Shown: positions 6,755 to 12,995 of the stretch, in pieces
Numbering within the stretch: position 1 is the stretch's first letter
Layout of the letters: each line of letters starts with the position of its first letter
From: a virus
Length of the DNA: 35,777 nucleotides
Strand: one strand, 5' to 3'
IMG/VR virus record: IMGVR_UViG_3300029707_000012
Translations under genes and position numbers: made by a program
The notes under the pieces: model-generated
Database searches by the model: none
Told to the model about the DNA's origin: nothing
Seen by the model: only the letters and a program-made list of their open reading frames with translations

Positions 6755-7078
6755 ATGCTGGACGCACTCGAGATTCGCAAAGAGATAGCGAGGCTCGAGT
6801 ATGAAGAGTCGAGCTATCCCAATTATGCCAAGCTCGCCACGCTCTACACCATCCGCGCCGAAATGAACAAGGAGAACGAGCCGCAGAACGCCGCGCCACG
6901 AGCGCAGCCCATCCCGGCCTATTCCGGCGCAGCCTACGGAAACAGCGAATTTCTCCGCACCGTCTCGGACAAAGAGCCGCGAGACGCATGGCGGGTGATG
7001 GATGAGCTGATGGAGAGCCTGAGCGTGATGCAGCCAAAGACCTACGCCGCGGTCATGAACAAACTAAACGACCTATAA
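6755..7078 (+). CDS. Hypothetical protein (107 aa)
   Basis: The ORF starts 1 nt after the upstream stop, and a hairpin follows it. No motif was recognised. Confidence 0.55.
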   Translation: MLDALEIRKEIARLEYEESSYPNYAKLATLYTIRAEMNKENEPQNAAPRAQPIPAYSGAAYGNSEFLRTVSDKEPRDAWRVMDELMESLSVMQPKTYAAVMNKLNDL

Positions 7079-7085
7079 GCAAAGA

Positions 7086-7116
7086 AGAAGCGCCTGGAAT
7101 CAACCCCGGCGCTTCT
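7086..7116. terminator. Hairpin between convergent genes (possibly a bidirectional terminator)
   Basis: agaagcgcc-13 nt-ggcgcttct forms a 9-bp stem. The flanking T tracts are only weak on both strands. Confidence 0.45.
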
Positions 7117-7123
7117 CTAAATT

Positions 7124-7173
7124 GTTTAGCCATATTATATATTAACTGGTGTTAAGGTGCTATATAACTAAAC
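7124..7173. other. Candidate attP for the serine integrase (50-bp imperfect dyad)
   Basis: The dyad is GTTTAG-nn-ATAT-n6-TTAAC-tggt-GTTAA-n6-ATAT-nn-CTAAAC, with 16 of 25 arm positions symmetric. It lies in an AT-rich spacer abutting the integrase stop codon. Confidence 0.45.
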
Positions 7174-8460
7174 AAGATCAAAAAAGATATCGCCGTTGTT
7201 TGCGATGACAATTCGGCGGATGAAGCGATTCCACGCTTCCTTTTTCCCGCTTGGCGGCAGCTTGTCGTAGGCGTCGATCAATGACATGACAAGCGCTTTG
7301 TCTATGGGCTTCGGCTCGGGCGGTACGTTCAGTTTTTCCTTTAATGCTGTATATTCCATTTCGTATTTCTCGCGGTTGATTAGATCAGCGAGATATAGGT
7401 CTGTCAGCTTGTCCATTTTCCGTTTGATCGCCGCCGTGTCAACCGGCGGTTTTATTTTTCCCGCCTTTAGCTTTGCGTTGTGCGCTTGAACTTCAATCGG
7501 CAGCTTCATCAATAGGTACGCCTCAAGCTCTGCCTCGTTGATTCTTTTTTTGTGGCTGCAAAGACCGATTTCATAGTTTTTGCATCGATAATAAAAGTAA
7601 TCTGTCCCCCGTTGCCGTGTGGAATGCGTCACGAGCCGGTGGCCGCATTCGGCGCACCAGACAAGGCCGGAGAACAGCCAAGTGTGCCGCGATCCGTTGT
7701 TGCGAATGCTTCTTGCCGTCAGCATCCGCTGAACAAGGGCAAAATCCTCCGGCGGGATCAGCGCGTCGCAGACTTTTATTCCGTTGTTAAGGCCGATATA
7801 TCTCTCGTTGCTCAATGCGCCTTTTATATGATGGTTTGCTCGCATTATTCCAAACTCGGAAACGAGCATCTTTTTGACGTGGTTAACGCTTCCCGTTGCG
7901 ATGTAATCCTCAAACATTCGCCTCGCAATGTGCGCCGTTTCCTCATCGACGCAAAGGCGGCTCTCGACGGCCTTTAACCCGATGGGCGTTTTACCCGCTG
8001 GGCAAAGGCCAAGCTCCCGCTTGTGCTGCATGATCCGCTTAACGCGCTCTGACGTTCTGTCTGCCTCGTCCTGCGCGACGGACAGCATTATATTGACCTT
8101 TAACCGTCCGGCGGCGGTGGCGGTCTCGTAGTCTTCATATGTCGCCTGCCATACAACACCGTGCGCGTCTAGGACTTCCTGCGCCTTGTAAAACTCTCCG
8201 ATGTTGCGGAACCAACGGTCTAATTTCGTGAACGCTACGAGATCGATTTGCCCCGCTTCCACATCGGATAGAAGCCGCTGCAATTCAGGCCGCTTTGACA
8301 CGCTTTTCCTGCCGCTTACCCCGGCATCGACGTAATAATCAACGACCTTATGCTTGTTTTCTTCTGCCCATTTTTTCAGGCTTTCTTTCTGGTCATCGAC
8401 GGAAAGGCCGTGAACGGCTTGTTCTTCCGTGGAGACGCGGACATAAAGTGCAACTCTCAT
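7168..8460 (-). CDS. int: Large serine recombinase (integrase), 430 aa
   Basis: The N-terminus is a resolvase catalytic domain (MRVALYVRVSTEEQ...). It is followed by a recombinase domain, a Cys zinc ribbon (CAECGHRL...YYRCKNYEIGLC) and a C-terminal coiled coil. Confidence 0.93.
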   Translation of the reverse strand: MRVALYVRVSTEEQAVHGLSVDDQKESLKKWAEENKHKVVDYYVDAGVSGRKSVSKRPELQRLLSDVEAGQIDLVAFTKLDRWFRNIGEFYKAQEVLDAHGVVWQATYEDYETATAAGRLKVNIMLSVAQDEADRTSERVKRIMQHKRELGLCPAGKTPIGLKAVESRLCVDEETAHIARRMFEDYIATGSVNHVKKMLVSEFGIMRANHHIKGALSNERYIGLNNGIKVCDALIPPEDFALVQRMLTARSIRNNGSRHTWLFSGLVWCAECGHRLVTHSTRQRGTDYFYYRCKNYEIGLCSHKKRINEAELEAYLLMKLPIEVQAHNAKLKAGKIKPPVDTAAIKRKMDKLTDLYLADLINREKYEMEYTALKEKLNVPPEPKPIDKALVMSLIDAYDKLPPSGKKEAWNRFIRRIVIANNGDIFFDLV

Positions 8461-9032
8461 TTCTTTTTCCCCTTGTAAATGCTTTTGAAGGCGTAAATGA
8501 TGGTTGCGACGGAGGCGTTCAGTATCAGGGCGAGGACGCCCGCAAAAATGCTTGTCCCAGCCGAACGGAAAATACCGGCGGTCTCTACCTGGATGTCAAA
8601 TATGACGTACCATACAACTGCGCACAAAAGGATACTGCATACGCCTATGAGCATATAAATTGTCCTTGTGTGGGTTTCCCCCTGCTTTCTCAGCCCTGCG
8701 TTCATTTCTTGCAGATGCTGTACTTCGCCGGATAACCGCACGTTCTCCAATTCCAGATCATGGACATGCTGTGTGTCCGGCTGTTCATCCAGACCGACAA
8801 GCTCATTCAGCGATAGATTCAATACCTTGCAAGTGGCAGCGGCATAAAAAAGGAGCGGGTGCTTGACCCGCCCTGCATTCGTGTCGCAGATGTTGTTGTA
8901 TGGAACACCTGACAGGTCTGACAATTCTTGCAGGGTGAAGCCGCTGGCATTTTTCGCTTTGCGAATTTTTGTTGTATACTCATCTAAGTAAGGCTGCAAG
9001 TCTGTGAGCGCTGACACTCTCTCCATCTCCAT
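8457..9032 (-). CDS. Membrane-anchored XRE-family HTH protein (191 aa)
   Basis: The protein has an N-terminal HTH (FTLQELSDLSGVPYNNICDTNAGR), a coiled linker and two C-terminal TM segments (IYMLIGVCSILLCAVVWYVIF; IFAGVLALILNASVATIIYAF). Its stop overlaps the integrase ATG (ATGA). Confidence 0.75.
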   Translation of the reverse strand: MEMERVSALTDLQPYLDEYTTKIRKAKNASGFTLQELSDLSGVPYNNICDTNAGRVKHPLLFYAAATCKVLNLSLNELVGLDEQPDTQHVHDLELENVRLSGEVQHLQEMNAGLRKQGETHTRTIYMLIGVCSILLCAVVWYVIFDIQVETAGIFRSAGTSIFAGVLALILNASVATIIYAFKSIYKGKKK

Positions 9033-9171
9033 TCAGTTGTTTGTTTTCCCGGCAGTTTTGGGAACGGTTCTTGATTCTTCCTCCTGATTTGCTGTTTGAA
9101 ACATGGACATCGTAAAAATAAACTGGTACGCTTTAATCGTGGCAGACGTGTCGGTTTACCACATCCCTGAA

Positions 9172-9203
9172 GCCCCGGCAGAGGTTGCCGCCAATGCCGG
9201 GGC
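9172..9203 (-). terminator. Hairpin downstream of the lipoprotein gene (weak terminator)
   Basis: gccccggca-14 nt-tgccggggc forms a 9-bp stem. The U-tract on the minus strand is poor. Confidence 0.3.
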
Positions 9204-9211
9204 ATTTTAAT

Positions 9212-10171
9212 TCACGCAAAATAATCGTCGACCGTTCTCCCGTCAACGGAGCTTAAAAACGCGGTGTTGTGATCTACATCGCTAACAAGGATCGCGCCGA
9301 CATGCACCTCATCGCCGCAGAAAAACTGCGCAAGGCTGATTGCATTTTCTGTCATGGAGTTCAGCGCGGAAACCGTATCGCTCCAATTGCTCGGCTTCGT
9401 TCCGGCTTTCTTCGATTCTCTGATTTTCGCATCAAATCCGTCGTTCTCAATGAGCATCACAATCAAATTTTGATCTTCTTTGATTGTGTATGTAACGTTC
9501 GGCAGATTCTTTTTCCATGTCACCTGGATAAACTGCGCCGCGGCTTCCAGCGTCTCCGGTGTGCATTTGCCGAGATTGGATTCTTCGGACGCTTCCTCTT
9601 CCGGCTGCTGTGCAATGTCGAAATCCTTTGAGCCGATCTCTTCCCATCTGTACAATGCAACGAGCGTGACCGGCGTTTCCTCGTCGTCCAGCTCGTAGGT
9701 CATCACGTCCTCAACGGTTCCGCCCTTTTTGATTTTTGCGAATCCGGTATCGTGATAGGCGCTGTTCTCTTGCGATCCGACATTAAGCTCGTTCAGGAAG
9801 TTCGGGTCGTTGTCCTGATAGGCGCGGAATGTGTCAATCCATTTCCCGGAAGCGCTCACGTCCCAGTCGGACAGGTTTGTCACGTTGAATTTGAAGCAGA
9901 TGAGCGGAACGTCGCCATATTTGTTGTATTCCGACCCTACCTCTAAGATTTCATACCCAATGATCTCAATGCGGGCTTCATCGTCCTCGTACACCGTGCC
10001 GTCAAACGTTGCGGCAGGCTTCGGTTCTTCCGTCGGCTCAACTGTCGGCTCCGCAGTCGGCGCGGCGGTCGGTTCCGGTGTTGTCTGCGTCTCCGGCGCT
10101 TCTCCTCCACACGCGCAAAGGGCAAAAACGAGCGCAAAAACCAAGGCAAGGGCAAGCAGTTTCTTTCTCAT
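9212..10171 (-). CDS. Secreted lipoprotein with a DUF5067/DUF4352-like beta domain (319 aa)
   Basis: The ATG at 10171 has AGGAGA 9 nt upstream; the track's TTG at 10180 is less likely. The signal peptide plus lipobox reads MRKKLLALALVFALVFALCAC-GG and is followed by a Pro/Thr/Glu linker. The domain family is recalled from IEIIGYEILEVGSEYNKYGDVPLICFKFNVTNLS. Confidence 0.8.
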   Translation of the reverse strand: MRKKLLALALVFALVFALCACGGEAPETQTTPEPTAAPTAEPTVEPTEEPKPAATFDGTVYEDDEARIEIIGYEILEVGSEYNKYGDVPLICFKFNVTNLSDWDVSASGKWIDTFRAYQDNDPNFLNELNVGSQENSAYHDTGFAKIKKGGTVEDVMTYELDDEETPVTLVALYRWEEIGSKDFDIAQQPEEEASEESNLGKCTPETLEAAAQFIQVTWKKNLPNVTYTIKEDQNLIVMLIENDGFDAKIRESKKAGTKPSNWSDTVSALNSMTENAISLAQFFCGDEVHVGAILVSDVDHNTAFLSSVDGRTVDDYFA

Positions 10172-10281
10172 AACATCCAATCTCCTATTAAATTTTTGTT
10201 GTGGATATGTTTAGAATAACTCTTTTTATCGGTTGAATCAAGTTTAAATTTGTCGAAAGGCAATAAAATAAGGAGGGAAAA

Positions 10282-10383
10282 ATGGAAAAGGAACGCCAAA
10301 TTGAGAAGATCGTCCGCATCCTGCGCCTCATGGACACGAAAATGCTGCACCGCTTGTACATCGTTGCGTTGAATATGCTGTAA
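10282..10383 (+). CDS. Possible 33-aa peptide (MEKERQIEKIVRILRLMDTKMLHRLYIVALNML)
   Basis: A strong AGGAGGG RBS lies 5 nt upstream of the ATG, and a terminator follows directly. The ORF is too short for the ORF track. Confidence 0.45.
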   Translation: MEKERQIEKIVRILRLMDTKMLHRLYIVALNML

Positions 10384-10399
10384 CCCAAAAAGAAAAAAT

Positions 10400-10433
10400 G
10401 CCCGGTACGGATCACTCCGTATCGGGCTTTTTT
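10400..10433. terminator. Bidirectional rho-independent terminator
   Basis: The stem gcccggtacgg-atcact-ccgtatcgggc contains one G-U pair. It has T6 on the + strand and a T-rich run on the - strand. It overlaps the 3' end of the repressor gene. Confidence 0.7.
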
Positions 10434-10804
10434 ATTGTCTCGGCAAACCGCCGCAGGGCGCGGGCGAGGGTTTCCCATTCCTCAACCGTCGTTTCCGCCA
10501 TGAACTTGATGATGCTCTCCTCAATGTCCGTGATGTGCCCGCCGGTGATCCTGCCGACGTACGCCGCGATGGTGTCCTCGCGCGAGAGCTGCATGAACGG
10601 CTCGCCCGTGCCGTCCCGCAGCCAATCTTCGTTGACGTTGAACTCCCGGCAGATCATCAGAACGGTTTGATCGGACGGATTCGACTTTCCGTTTTCAATC
10701 GTGCTGCACGATGACGCTGTAATTCCTATACGCTTTCCGAAATTCTCCAAGGTCAGCCCGGCGCCCTTACGGATTTCCTTTATTCTTGTTCCCATTGTTT
10801 CCAT
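10412..10804 (-). CDS. CI-like repressor, XRE-family HTH, no peptidase domain (130 aa)
   Basis: AGGAGGTG lies 5 nt upstream. The HTH reads IKEIRKGAGLTLENFGKRIGITASSCSTIENGKSNPS. The gene is divergent from the early operon. Confidence 0.85.
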   Translation of the reverse strand: METMGTRIKEIRKGAGLTLENFGKRIGITASSCSTIENGKSNPSDQTVLMICREFNVNEDWLRDGTGEPFMQLSREDTIAAYVGRITGGHITDIEESIIKFMAETTVEEWETLARALRRFAETIKKPDTE

Positions 10805-10827
10805 GGTCTCACCTCCTATCGATGTCC

Positions 10828-10856
10828 ATTATAAATTATGGCAAAGGAAAAATCAA
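10828..10856 (-). promoter_or_regulatory. Repressor (lysogenic) promoter
   Basis: On the minus strand it reads TTGATT-17 nt-TATAAT, about 10 nt upstream of the repressor SD. Confidence 0.6.
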
Positions 10857-10863
10857 GAAAAAA

Positions 10864-10878
10864 TTTAGATAATCTAAA
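10864..10878. promoter_or_regulatory. Operator O1: perfect 15-bp palindrome TTTAGAT-a-ATCTAAA
   Basis: Read directly from the sequence. It lies between the two divergent -35 boxes. Confidence 0.6.
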
Positions 10879-10885
10879 AATCTTC

Positions 10886-10914
10886 TTGACTTTTTTGAGA
10901 ATCTAAATTATAAT
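10886..10914 (+). promoter_or_regulatory. Early (lytic) promoter
   Basis: TTGACT-17 nt-TATAAT is a near-consensus sigma-A promoter facing the early operon. Confidence 0.7.
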
Positions 10915-10919
10915 TTAGA
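10902..10919. promoter_or_regulatory. Operator O2: perfect 18-bp palindrome TCTAAATTATAATTTAGA overlapping the -10 box
   Basis: Read directly from the sequence. It shares the ATCTAAA/TTTAGA half-site with O1 but in the opposite arrangement. Confidence 0.6.
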
Positions 10920-10974
10920 CAGTCAAAAGAAAGCAACCAACCCCGCCCGACAGGGCGGAAGAAAGGAAATTGAA

Positions 10975-11169
10975 ATGAAATGGCAAAACACGATCTTTAA
11001 GAGTGCCGAACAGTGTCTAATTTGCAAGCAGAATCTAGAACATGCTCACGTTAAAACTGGAGACATTTTCCGCATAAGCGACAATGGCTACTGGTGCGTG
11101 CCGTGGCAACCGAGAAGTGAAAATGAGCGGCGAATTGCTTATGGAATTATTGCACAGAGCATTGAATGA
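10975..11169 (+). CDS. First early gene, hypothetical (64 aa), AT-richer than the genome
   Basis: A GAAAGGAAA RBS is present. The protein has 3 Cys (CLIC...C). No HTH was recognised. Confidence 0.55.
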   Translation: MKWQNTIFKSAEQCLICKQNLEHAHVKTGDIFRISDNGYWCVPWQPRSENERRIAYGIIAQSIE

Positions 11170-11345
11170 AAATGACCGGCTGGGCGTGGGATCACGCAAG
11201 GGCAGTTGCCGACCGCAATGAGAACCGTTTCGAGACCCGCGGCGAACTTGAGCAATATCTATTAACCGCGCATTGGACACCCTGCGAGGTGGGCCAGATG
11301 ATGGCCTACCTCGACCGAAAAAACAGAAAGGAGGCGAAAACATGA
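11166..11345 (+). CDS. Hypothetical small protein (59 aa)
   Basis: Both ends form ATGA overlaps. The ORF is under 60 aa and so absent from the track. The product reads MKMTGWAWDHARAVADRNENRFETRGELEQYLL... Confidence 0.5.
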   Translation: MKMTGWAWDHARAVADRNENRFETRGELEQYLLTAHWTPCEVGQMMAYLDRKNRKEAKT

Positions 11346-11485
11346 GCGAAAAGGAAAAGCAGGCTGCAAAGGAAGTTATCGACAGTCTGAAACAGATCCC
11401 CCCGGACGGCGCTGATTATGTCCGCGGATACCTGCAGGGCAGACTGGACGGCATCAAGGCTGAAAAGAAGGAGGACAAGGAATGA
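11342..11485 (+). CDS. Hypothetical small protein (47 aa)
   Basis: An AAGGAGG RBS lies upstream of ATG 11342, which forms an ATGA overlap with the upstream stop. The product reads MSEKEKQAAKEVIDSLKQIPPDGADYVRGYLQGRLDG... Confidence 0.55.
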   Translation: MSEKEKQAAKEVIDSLKQIPPDGADYVRGYLQGRLDGIKAEKKEDKE

Positions 11486-11604
11486 AACAGACGATCACCA
11501 CGGAAGAGGCCGAGCGCTTTGAGCGTATCATCTGGGCGCTTGTCGAAAAGTATTTCGGCGTGACGGTCACGCCGCTGGATTTGCCGGATGATCGCACCGT
11601 GTAA
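11482..11604 (+). CDS. Hypothetical small protein (40 aa)
   Basis: The start forms an ATGA overlap and has a GAAGGAGGA RBS. It is the only ORF covering this gap. Confidence 0.45.
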   Translation: MKQTITTEEAERFERIIWALVEKYFGVTVTPLDLPDDRTV

Positions 11605-11776
11605 GGCATGTACAGATCGGTACGTCGGCTGTCACGCATCCTGCCCCCGGTACGCGGAATTCAAGGCCGGATGCGAAGCCCGGCGGGAAGCGCGGACAAA
11701 GCTGTACCCAATCGCCGATTACACCGTCGACATCACCAAGAGAGTACAAAAAGCGGCGCACCGCCGCAGAAAGTAG
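11588..11776 (+). CDS. Cys-rich small protein, probable zinc binder (62 aa)
   Basis: The sequence is CKACTDRYVGCHASCPRY...C followed by a basic tail. Confidence 0.55.
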   Translation: MIAPCKACTDRYVGCHASCPRYAEFKAGCEARREARTKLYPIADYTVDITKRVQKAAHRRRK

Positions 11777-11787
11777 GAAAAACAACC

Positions 11788-12006
11788 ATGACAAAACGAA
11801 AGGCAACCTTCGCCACCACCGCGATCATGACGCTTCTGGCGCTTGTGATCTTCTTCGTCTGGAAATTCGGAAAATATAACGGCCTCGGCTTCGCCGTGAT
11901 CGAGGGAATCTTCGCCGTCTACGGATTTTCGAGCCTCGCCGATGACTGCTGCCGTTGGCTGCAAATGCCGGACACGGCGATCATGCAGAGAGGAGGGCGG
12001 CACTAA
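11788..12006 (+). CDS. Small membrane protein with two TM segments (72 aa)
   Basis: The ATG at 11788 lies inside track ORF 11608-12006. Hydrophobic segments are TTAIMTLLALVIFFVW and GLGFAVIEGIFAVYGF. Confidence 0.55.
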   Translation: MTKRKATFATTAIMTLLALVIFFVWKFGKYNGLGFAVIEGIFAVYGFSSLADDCCRWLQMPDTAIMQRGGRH

Positions 12007-12311
12007 TGATTATCTATCTGGTCGGGAAGATCACCGGCAATCCCGAATACCGCAAACAGTTTGCTGCGGCAAAGGCGGAACTGGAAGCAGAGGGGCATAT
12101 CGTTCTGAATCCTGCCGAGCTGCCGGAGGGAATGAGCAAAGCCGCGTACATGCGCATTTGCTTTGCAATGATCGACACGGCGGACGAGCTGCGTGTGATT
12201 CGTGGATGGGAAAGAAGCTCCGGCGCAACACTTGAAGTTGCATACTGCATATATATCGGCAAACCAGTGAGAAACGTCTACGGGCAAAGAGTGGGGGTTG
12301 GTGTGGAATGA
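12006..12311 (+). CDS. DUF4406-like (nucleoside 2-deoxyribosyltransferase-fold) protein (101 aa)
   Basis: The product starts MIIYLVGKITGNPEYRKQF...VLNPA...SSGATLEVAYC, the pattern typical of DUF4406. The start overlaps the upstream stop (TAATG). Confidence 0.6.
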   Translation: MIIYLVGKITGNPEYRKQFAAAKAELEAEGHIVLNPAELPEGMSKAAYMRICFAMIDTADELRVIRGWERSSGATLEVAYCIYIGKPVRNVYGQRVGVGVE

Positions 12312-12736
12312 ATGACACACGTTATACGGCCATCGCCGCCGCCCTCCGGGAAGAGTTCCCGAAAGCCAATAAGGGCACGGTGAGCATGGCGCTGCACACG
12401 AACGACTACGGCGTAAAGTTCTGCACCAGAGCGCAGGAGATTTACGACACTGTAACGCAGCGCAAGCCCCGCACACCGTGCCGCGTTAAGCCCATACGGT
12501 TACAGTGCCGGTTGACAGAAAGCACCGCACAGCGCGTTAAACAGGCGCTGGAAAGAAACGGCATCGCGTCCATGCAGACGTTTTTGGAATCCCTCGTTCT
12601 CGCGTGGCTCGCACAAAGCGAAAGCGCCGCCGGTGGAGATGACACCGACAGCGCTTACAGGAAAAACAACCTTGCTTCAAATTCTACAGCAAAGGAGGCT
12701 GACTTGTCAAGTGTCCAGAACGTGCCGCTGCCGTGA
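12308..12736 (+). CDS. Hypothetical protein, possibly with an RHH-like segment (142 aa)
   Basis: The start forms an ATGA overlap. The segment RLQCRLTESTAQRVKQALERNGIASMQTFLESLVLAWL looks like a ribbon-helix-helix/MobC-type motif. Confidence 0.5.
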   Translation: MNDTRYTAIAAALREEFPKANKGTVSMALHTNDYGVKFCTRAQEIYDTVTQRKPRTPCRVKPIRLQCRLTESTAQRVKQALERNGIASMQTFLESLVLAWLAQSESAAGGDDTDSAYRKNNLASNSTAKEADLSSVQNVPLP

Positions 12737-12995
12737 CTGCGGCGAGGACGGATTCTACCCCGTCGTTTACGCCGATGAAGGGTACGGCTGGGAGCGCTGC
12801 CCGACCTGCGGGTCTGACCGGATCGAATGGGGAAACAAATGCCCCTTGTGCGGTCGGTACGCCGAGCGCGACTACTGCGAGGACTGCAAGCAGAAACTCC
12901 GTGACCGCTTCCACGAGCTTTTAAAATGCAATTTCACCCCGGAAGAGATCAAAGCATTAAACGAAATCTATGACGGAAAGGGACTTGATGAATAA
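12711..12995 (+). CDS. Zinc-ribbon protein with four CxxC pairs (94 aa)
   Basis: The GTG at 12711 lies 12 nt after AGGAGG. The Cys pairs are CRCRDCG...CPTCG...CPLCG...CEDC. Confidence 0.55.
   Translation: MSRTCRCRDCGEDGFYPVVYADEGYGWERCPTCGSDRIEWGNKCPLCGRYAERDYCEDCKQKLRDRFHELLKCNFTPEEIKALNEIYDGKGLDE

Noticed and set aside
7116-7130. TCTAAA-ttg-TTTAGc near attP considered as a third repressor operator
   Set aside because: Its half-site spacing differs from both switch palindromes, it has one mismatch, and it sits in very AT-rich DNA where such hexamers arise by chance. It is noted within the attP finding only.
9033-9108. A 25-codon minus-strand upstream ORF abutting the membrane-HTH gene (MSMFQTANQEEESRTVPKTAGKTNN)
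   Set aside because: It has no Shine-Dalgarno sequence in front of its ATG. The AGGAGG in this region lies inside the ORF. There is not enough evidence to call it.
10188-10478. A 96-aa minus-strand ORF and a 60-aa one at 10168-10350
   Set aside because: They cross the lipoprotein promoter region, the micro-ORF and the bidirectional terminator, and they have no RBS. They are an AT-rich intergenic artefact.
10941-10958. The hairpin ccgccc-gaca-gggcgg in the early 5' UTR considered as a terminator
   Set aside because: No U tract follows it; aagaaagg follows instead. It may stabilise the mRNA, but there is no basis for calling it a terminator.
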